From a virus, in the IMG/VR virus record IMGVR_UViG_3300020392_000004: a DNA stretch of 64,000 nucleotides, one strand, 5' to 3'. A model generated the notes under the pieces. That model had not been told where the DNA came from, ran no database searches, and saw nothing but the letters and a program-made list of their open reading frames with translations. Shown one piece after another: positions 58,778 to 64,000 of the stretch. How positions within the stretch are numbered: position 1 is the first letter of the stretch; every line of letters begins with the position of its first letter. A program made the translations under genes and the position numbers.

Positions 58778-58971
58778 TAGTATCCGCTGGTATGACATGA
58801 ATATTCAGTAGGACAATCTACAGTCCCACATACACATTCACCTTCTTTTAGATTTTCCTCTTCGGGTGCAAACTCACGAGGGTGTTTCACACCATAGGTT
58901 TCTAAATTGTAAACCTCTTCGGGTGATAGTTTACCACCCGAAGTCTCTGATAAAATTTTATAATGATTCAT
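58777..58971 (-). CDS. Small hypothetical protein with Cys/His-rich C-terminus
   Basis: CVCG..DC..EY.CHTSGY. Confidence 0.65.
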   Translation of the reverse strand: MNHYKILSETSGGKLSPEEVYNLETYGVKHPREFAPEEENLKEGECVCGTVDCPTEYSCHTSGY

Positions 58972-58973
58972 AA

Positions 58974-59324
58974 TTACCTCAAATAATCAGGGCCATACAA
59001 TCTCATTGAGTTTGGATATATTTCATATCCTTGAAAGAGATTGCCCCTTGGTGCATTCAGAGCTGGAGTGTTCCAACCAGCACACTTAAGAACATCACCT
59101 TCTTTGAAAGTGATACCTGTTGCACCTTTCTGAAATTCTTTCTTGTTAATAAAACCCCAAGCAGACCTTGGTTGTCCATCTTCTACTGAAAAAATACGAA
59201 TGTATTTTTGACCCACAGAATAGTTGTGAGTAGTGACTCCACGAGAATGTTCCCATTTCTCATGCATTGCATTAGTCAAGTCGTCACAAAGTTGCTCGAC
59301 TAACACTTTCAATTCTTTCTTCAT
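58974..59324 (-). CDS. Conserved phage early hypothetical protein
   Basis: KYIRI...SAWGFI...GDVLKCAGW..PA.NAPRGNL pattern; SD GGAGAG. Confidence 0.75.
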   Translation of the reverse strand: MKKELKVLVEQLCDDLTNAMHEKWEHSRGVTTHNYSVGQKYIRIFSVEDGQPRSAWGFINKKEFQKGATGITFKEGDVLKCAGWNTPALNAPRGNLFQGYEIYPNSMRLYGPDYLR

Positions 59325-59419
59325 ATAGTCTCTCCTAAAAAAATTAATAATATAAACCCAAACATAGGGACAATGAAGTCACTATCTAGGAGTCCGTGTT
59401 TTTCTATAAATCTCATCAT
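59321..59419 (-). CDS. Small peptide (32 aa), probably leaderless
   Basis: MMRFIEKHGLLDSDFIVPMFGFILLIFLGETI*; ATG 6 nt after a -10 box, ATGA overlap with the next gene. Confidence 0.5.
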   Translation of the reverse strand: MMRFIEKHGLLDSDFIVPMFGFILLIFLGETI

Positions 59420-59425
59420 GTTTAT

Positions 59426-59455
59426 AGTATACTAAAAAGCCGAACCCATTGTCAA
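59426..59455 (-). promoter_or_regulatory. Early sigma70-type promoter TTGACA-N18-TATACT
   Basis: Seen directly; shares GGCTTTTTAGTATACTA with the promoter at 60232-60261. Confidence 0.82.
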
Positions 59456-59458
59456 GGC

Positions 59459-59553
59459 AAAAAAGGAGGGGTGGGTCTCACACATCAATCGTGTAAATGC
59501 TTGTGGATTTTGTGATACTTGACCCATTATCCCTTCCCCGAGTCTTACGACCC
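59459..59553 (-). other. Structured intergenic element (GNRA hairpin plus long stem and U tract)
   Basis: GGGTC-GTAA-GACTC; TGGGTC/GACCCA and TCACA/TGTGA stems; closes with CCCCTCC followed by a T tract. Confidence 0.5.
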
Positions 59554-59557
59554 TAAA

Positions 59558-59911
59558 CTATGCAACCTCACTATATGCTGGTTCTATTGAGTTCTCAAGG
59601 ATTGCTTCTGCAATATCCTCTGCCTCATAACTGAACCCACCTACATTCCAAGAACATTCGTTCACAGGAATACAACCGTATTTCCAGCTGTATATTGAAA
59701 TGTCTTCGTAAGTGTAATCTTCTGAATCGTATGGGTCTTCAACCTTTACAGTCAAATTCCATTCACAGCTCACCTTTGCATAAGGGTCTGCGTCAGTGTA
59801 AGAAGGTTTTCCTAGAACGGAAACCAATTTATCGTATGTGGTAATTATATTACCCTTGAGGGAAGAACCTGTCTTCCCAACTTCGTTTACTTCATATTCT
59901 AATATTTTCAT
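59558..59911 (-). CDS. Conserved phage early hypothetical protein
   Basis: TGSSLKG.I.TTY..LV.VLG.P, KV..EW, IY.WK, WNVGG; start moved to MKILEY (SD GGAGAG). Confidence 0.75.
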   Translation of the reverse strand: MKILEYEVNEVGKTGSSLKGNIITTYDKLVSVLGKPSYTDADPYAKVSCEWNLTVKVEDPYDSEDYTYEDISIYSWKYGCIPVNECSWNVGGFSYEAEDIAEAILENSIEPAYSEVA

Positions 59912-59934
59912 AATACTCTCCAATCTATACAAGT

Positions 59935-59964
59935 ATTATAACATTTTTTGGGCCTTATAGTCAA
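59935..59964 (-). promoter_or_regulatory. Early sigma70-type promoter TTGACT-N18-TATAAT
   Basis: Seen directly, inside the 3' end of the upstream gene. Confidence 0.75.
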
Positions 59965-60199
59965 GGCCATATTTGTCCAAATAAAACTGAACAGCTTTCT
60001 TCTCTAAAACATTAAGGTCTTCTGCACCTTGAAATCTAGACCATGTAGTTCCAGTTGTGACTAACTTATTTCCAGCAGTCACAGCTGCATTCCACATTTC
60101 ATCATTCTTTGGGAATATCTCGTTCCTCTCACACATTGTGATAAGGTTCCGTCCCATACGGACAATCTTGTCTTCGTATCTATCGTATATTGAATCCAT
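59936..60199 (-). CDS. Hypothetical early protein
   Basis: SD GGAG and its own promoter upstream. Confidence 0.7.
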   Translation of the reverse strand: MDSIYDRYEDKIVRMGRNLITMCERNEIFPKNDEMWNAAVTAGNKLVTTGTTWSRFQGAEDLNVLEKKAVQFYLDKYGLDYKAQKML

Positions 60200-60231
60200 A
60201 ACAAATCTCCATTTAGTTTGTATTGGATACT

Positions 60232-60261
60232 AGTATACTAAAAAGCCTATGGCATTGTAAA
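60232..60261 (-). promoter_or_regulatory. Early sigma70-type promoter TTTACA-N18-TATACT
   Basis: Seen directly, with an A-rich upstream element. Confidence 0.78.
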
Positions 60262-60273
60262 GGGGTTTTTGAA

Positions 60274-60528
60274 TTATAATCCTGCTTTTATTTTATCTAA
60301 TTCGAGGATTTTTTTGTTTATGATATCGACACGGTTAGGCCAATAGATATATTCCTTATCAGAATCCTTTGCAAGATTCTCTAGTAAAGGTCTGATAAAG
60401 TCGTCTAGTTTTTCAATGATTACTTTTGCTTCTTGGGTCGAACTTGATATTGATACATCAACCTTCTTTAGTCCTTCACCGTCTAAAGCAGTAAAACCAA
60501 AATCGTTGTATTCTATTTCTGAACTCAT
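60274..60528 (-). CDS. Conserved T4-like hypothetical protein
   Basis: DFGFTA.D...PLL.NL.K...KEYIYWPNR motif. Confidence 0.75.
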   Translation of the reverse strand: MSSEIEYNDFGFTALDGEGLKKVDVSISSSTQEAKVIIEKLDDFIRPLLENLAKDSDKEYIYWPNRVDIINKKILELDKIKAGL

Positions 60529-60533
60529 ACTAT

Positions 60534-60541
60534 TATTTATA
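60534..60541 (-). promoter_or_regulatory. Late promoter TATAAATA, 5 nt before the ATG at 60528
   Basis: Exact motif overlapping the pyrD stop. Confidence 0.75.
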
Positions 60542-61697
60542 GTAATGGATTGCGTGAACCTACAGCTTCTCCTATAGAATTGAACCCGTCTTTCTTGAGT
60601 AGTTTGACTAGACCTCTGTTAATCTCATTGATATTTTGTGGGCCGTCAAATATCATTGTGGTAATCATGTGAAGTAAACTTGCACCTGATGTAATCTTTT
60701 CGTAAGCGTCTTTTGCACTAAAGATTCCGCCCACTCCAATGATAGTCACTTTACCTTTAGTTCGTCTGTATACATGTCGAATAACATCTGTAGATATTCT
60801 TGATAGAGGTTGCCCACTCATTGCACCCTTACCAGCTGGAAGTCTACCGTCTACTGTAGGATATTCTTCGGGTCTATGTTCAGTATTGAATTGTGGTTTT
60901 GCAAGGTTAGTGCAAACAAATCCGTCTATACCATGTTCCATACTTGTATCTACAATAGTATTGATTTCGTCTATCGTCATGTCGGCTGCAAGTTTTATAT
61001 AAATTGGTTTATCACTGATAGGTCTAATCTCTTCATTGACTGCACAAAGTAATTCACATAGATTGTCTTTGTCTACAAACGGTTCACCCTCTTGAGTATT
61101 AGGACAACTGATATTGATATCGTAATAGTCTCCTACATCTTTGAATGCTTTCATTGTCTTGAGGTAATCACTGATAGAATCTTCTAATATAAACTCGGGT
61201 GTTAAGTTAGAGTTGGCTGCATTGATACCGACCTTAAGTCTTCCAAAGTCAAAGTCTTTTAGTCGTGAAGATATCTTTTCTGCACCTTCGTTATTCAGAC
61301 CATACCATACAACAATAGCTTTAGACTTAATCATTCTGAATAATCTCTTGCCTGGGTTGCCTGGGCAAACTTCTCCAGTGAACGAACCAAGTTCTGCAAG
61401 ACCAAATCCCATTGAAGGATATATCTTTCCTAACTCTCCGTCCTTATCGAATCCTGCTGATAAACCTACGGGGTTCCTATACTGGATACCGTCAACCTCT
61501 ATGTTTAGACTCTTATGATTGTAGTCCATGAGTAAACTTGTTAATCCTCTAGTGATAGGATTACTGCCCAAGAATACACCTACTCTCTTCAAAGAGTAAT
61601 GAGCTTGTTCGGGTTCCATAAGGAATATAAGAGGTCTCATTAAACGATACCCCGCCCACATGATTTTATTTCTTATACCAATAATTGTGCTGTGCAT
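60537..61697 (-). CDS. pyrD: Dihydroorotate dehydrogenase (class 2-like)
   Basis: PEQAH, NPVGLSAGFDK, GN...RLFR, G.NN.G, INISCPNT, PIYIKLA.D, TN, G.MSG.PL, IIGVGGI.S..DAYEKI..GASL. Confidence 0.92.
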   Translation of the reverse strand: MHSTIIGIRNKIMWAGYRLMRPLIFLMEPEQAHYSLKRVGVFLGSNPITRGLTSLLMDYNHKSLNIEVDGIQYRNPVGLSAGFDKDGELGKIYPSMGFGLAELGSFTGEVCPGNPGKRLFRMIKSKAIVVWYGLNNEGAEKISSRLKDFDFGRLKVGINAANSNLTPEFILEDSISDYLKTMKAFKDVGDYYDINISCPNTQEGEPFVDKDNLCELLCAVNEEIRPISDKPIYIKLAADMTIDEINTIVDTSMEHGIDGFVCTNLAKPQFNTEHRPEEYPTVDGRLPAGKGAMSGQPLSRISTDVIRHVYRRTKGKVTIIGVGGIFSAKDAYEKITSGASLLHMITTMIFDGPQNINEINRGLVKLLKKDGFNSIGEAVGSRNPLL

Positions 61698-61770
61698 TAT
61701 AATCTCCGTTTATATTTGCATATTAGTATAATTTATTTAGGGATTCTAAACAGTGAACTTATGGAATATA

Positions 61771-62364
61771 TTAATTATCTTTATTGAATTTAAGGAAATC
61801 TTTTTCTAGTTCCAGTAGTGTCTGTTTATCATTCTGAACTTCTATATAGTTTGCATGTGCAGACACAGTCATGTCTGTAATTTCTATATTTGGATTTGCA
61901 ATCAACCATGAAACTAATTCTGCAACTTCTCCATGAGATAAACTTGGTAAGTCGTCATTGTTCAAAAGACCTAGATTCAAAGTTGTCATTTTGTATTGTC
62001 TGTCAGAATTATAAGTTAGATTATTTGCAAGGTGATTAAGTGCAGCTTTTTCAGCTGCATAAACATGACCTTTAGATATGTTTGGTTGAGCTGCTCGAGA
62101 ACTGAAATTAATTAGATATTTACTTCGGTCTTCTTTCCATGCTTGGTGTGTGATATCTAAAATCCTAGTTTGTTCAAAACCTTTGTGTGCAAAGTTAATT
62201 AGAACATCTACATGATTAGAATTATTAGAATCAAATCCCCACCAGTTAGTTCCGTTCATTGTAAGGTCTTCAACTCTTGGAGTAGATACCTTTATATCTT
62301 GTTCTTCTAGTTTATCTTTGATTACTCTTGCAAGACCACTAGTTCCTGTTATTGCCACCTTCAT
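61771..62364 (-). CDS. Short-chain dehydrogenase/reductase
   Basis: VAITGTSGLA, DVLINFA, INFSS, catalytic YAAEK. Confidence 0.8.
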   Translation of the reverse strand: MKVAITGTSGLARVIKDKLEEQDIKVSTPRVEDLTMNGTNWWGFDSNNSNHVDVLINFAHKGFEQTRILDITHQAWKEDRSKYLINFSSRAAQPNISKGHVYAAEKAALNHLANNLTYNSDRQYKMTTLNLGLLNNDDLPSLSHGEVAELVSWLIANPNIEITDMTVSAHANYIEVQNDKQTLLELEKDFLKFNKDN

Positions 62365-63304
62365 AATATTTCCTCACTATATCGAAAGACGGTTTACCAA
62401 ATAACGAACCGTCTACACTACATTTATTACACGGAGATAAACTTCTATCTCCTTTCATTAATTTTTTACGAATCTTTGTCATAGGTTTACTGAACCAAAC
62501 TTCATGTAGAGACATTGTCAAAAGATTACCCACGACATGTTCTCTTCCCCAATCGTTAGAACAGAATAAGACATCACCATTCCAATCTACAAACATTTTA
62601 TAAAAAGGATAATGACATGGTTTACCTTGAAGTGATTTGATATCACTTTCTTCAACACCGACCCAGTCTATCACTCCACTTCTATTGTTAAGTATTAATC
62701 CATGTTTCTCAAAGTCACCCCAGTGCATTCTAAATTTATATCTGTCTTCTCTAGTTTCTTTCAACATAGATTCGAAGTGTTCTATTTGTTCTATCCCGTC
62801 ATAAAGATTTATGTAAAGTAAATCAAGACCAGCTCTATACAAATCATTGATATATTTTTCTGTTAGTCTATCACCATTTGTATTACATTCTAATGTTGCA
62901 GTAGGTAAATAAAATCTAAACTCCTTCACTATCTCTATGAAGTTTGGATTGAGAAGGTTCTCTCCAAATCCACTGAAAGATATTTTACCATTATATTGAT
63001 TATCTGCTAACTCTTCTGCAATGGTTTGAGCACCCTTAATTGTAAGGTGGAGATTCCTGTTGGGAAATACTGTTGGGTCATGTCTTGGACAAAAGACACA
63101 TGACCTGTTGCACAGCTCAGTAGTATTAATTTCAACCGTAAGAATTGAGTCAAGGGGTTGAGTAAAATTTTTATCATTCCAGTGTTTCTTTTCCTGTTCT
63201 CTTCTATGCTCTAGAAAATCAAACTGGTCTACAGCATTTATAGGAATGTTCCTAGACATGTTCGACCATGAGATGTCTCTCTGTGTCTCCCTGTTCATGA
63301 ACAT
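62339..63304 (-). CDS. Radical SAM protein with SPASM/twitch domain (true start may be ATG near 63259)
   Basis: CNRSCVFC, FSGFGENLL, NTNG, C-terminal CHYPF...G.VLFC..DW...GNL...CNKC. Confidence 0.9.
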   Translation of the reverse strand: MFMNRETQRDISWSNMSRNIPINAVDQFDFLEHRREQEKKHWNDKNFTQPLDSILTVEINTTELCNRSCVFCPRHDPTVFPNRNLHLTIKGAQTIAEELADNQYNGKISFSGFGENLLNPNFIEIVKEFRFYLPTATLECNTNGDRLTEKYINDLYRAGLDLLYINLYDGIEQIEHFESMLKETREDRYKFRMHWGDFEKHGLILNNRSGVIDWVGVEESDIKSLQGKPCHYPFYKMFVDWNGDVLFCSNDWGREHVVGNLLTMSLHEVWFSKPMTKIRKKLMKGDRSLSPCNKCSVDGSLFGKPSFDIVRKYYEGGNNRN

Positions 63305-63674
63305 AATTAAATTTTATTTCTTCACCAATTTCAAATGGTGACCTATCACTTTGTATTAGAGTATAAGCATTATCCGTATCTCTATCAATAACAGTAGACC
63401 TAGGGTCTCCACCCAATGCAGAAAAGAATACAGGATACTCTGTCGAGTCTTCTAAATTGAATCTTGAAAAGATAAGCTTATCGTCTTCGAGGACGACATA
63501 GAGTTTATCGTCCCAACGAAAACCGACTTTGTTGACATAGTCCCATGGGATATCAAACCTTTGTAAGTCGGTTCTGTTTTTGTGTAGTTCTACAGAATCG
63601 TATAACTTTGATTGTTGTGAAACTTTGTGAGGAAGAACTTCACCATTAATTGAAGTATCCACCGTCTCTAACAT
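63252..63674 (-). CDS. Hypothetical protein (start uncertain)
   Basis: Open frame filling the gap between neighbours; MLETVDT chosen as the start to limit overlap. Confidence 0.55.
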   Translation of the reverse strand: MLETVDTSINGEVLPHKVSQQSKLYDSVELHKNRTDLQRFDIPWDYVNKVGFRWDDKLYVVLEDDKLIFSRFNLEDSTEYPVFFSALGGDPRSTVIDRDTDNAYTLIQSDRSPFEIGEEIKFNYVHEQGDTERHLMVEHV

Positions 63675-64000
63675 TGGTGTCAGTTTCTTCAGCATTGTCT
63701 TCCTCATCTGTTTGTGCAGAAACAAACTCCCCACTATCCTGTAAGTCTTGAATAAAAGCTTCTGTTTGATTTATAAAAGAATCAATCATTTCAGTTTTAG
63801 TATCTTTGATATTTACATCGAACCCTAATGCTTTTGCTTCTGCTTTGATTTTAGTTTTTGTAAAACTTTCTAATTCTGTTCTTGTTGGAATAGTGACTTC
63901 TTCATATTCTTCTGTCTCTTCGACTTCTGCAATATTATCTTCTTCAACCATTCTAACCTTTGGTGCTTGAATCGGTTCTAGTTCTTCTTGCATTGTTTCA
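63646..64000 (-). CDS. Acidic hypothetical protein with Rho-N/HeH-like motif, probably truncated by the window edge
   Basis: LESFTKTKIKAEAKALGFDVNIKDTKTEMI; the frame stays open to the end of the window. Confidence 0.55.
   Translation of the reverse strand, partial: ETMQEELEPIQAPKVRMVEEDNIAEVEETEEYEEVTIPTRTELESFTKTKIKAEAKALGFDVNIKDTKTEMIDSFINQTEAFIQDLQDSGEFVSAQTDEEDNAEETDTNVRDGGYFN

Noticed and set aside
1-64000. Stop-codon reassignment or introns in core genes
   Set aside because: Core genes (gp17, gp6, gp32 and others) are full length under the standard code, and TAA, TAG and TGA all serve as stops.

Overview
A 64 kb AT-rich segment of a T4-like myovirus genome; the gene content resembles aquatic/marine T4-like phages. 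It carries tail sheath gp18 (partial), terminase gp17/gp16, neck and tail completion gp13-15, a large fibre/decoration region, baseplate genes (gp8, gp7, gp6, gp25, gp5, a gp27-like hub, gp53, gp48, gp54, gp26/gp51, a tape-measure-like gene), gp4, gp2, gp32, gp59 and gp33, a block of small early genes behind sigma70-type promoters, and accessory genes (ribosomal protein bS21, DNA methyltransferase, KdsB-like cytidylyltransferase, HAD phosphatase, PyrD, SDR, radical SAM/SPASM). The main discovery is a set of Pro-anchored repeat proteins. The adjacent genes 13436-14947 and 12537-13433 have 31 repeat units (272 aa each) whose lengths match exactly when one is read backwards, with a consistent unit-to-unit pairing code. 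This suggests an antiparallel 'complementary' protein zipper with a Hint autoprocessing domain at the tip. A third protein (20824-22419) obeys the same code intramolecularly as a branched hairpin. Each module follows a fibre gene, and the pair is followed by a chaperone-like gene and modification enzymes (glycosyltransferase, two 2OG-Fe(II) oxygenases, DUF6065-like). Other highlights are a PRMT-like arginine methyltransferase between gp16 and gp17, a probable -1 frameshift joining gp26 to gp51, leaderless late transcripts and three structured non-coding regions. All assignments come from reading motifs and synteny by eye; no database searches were run.
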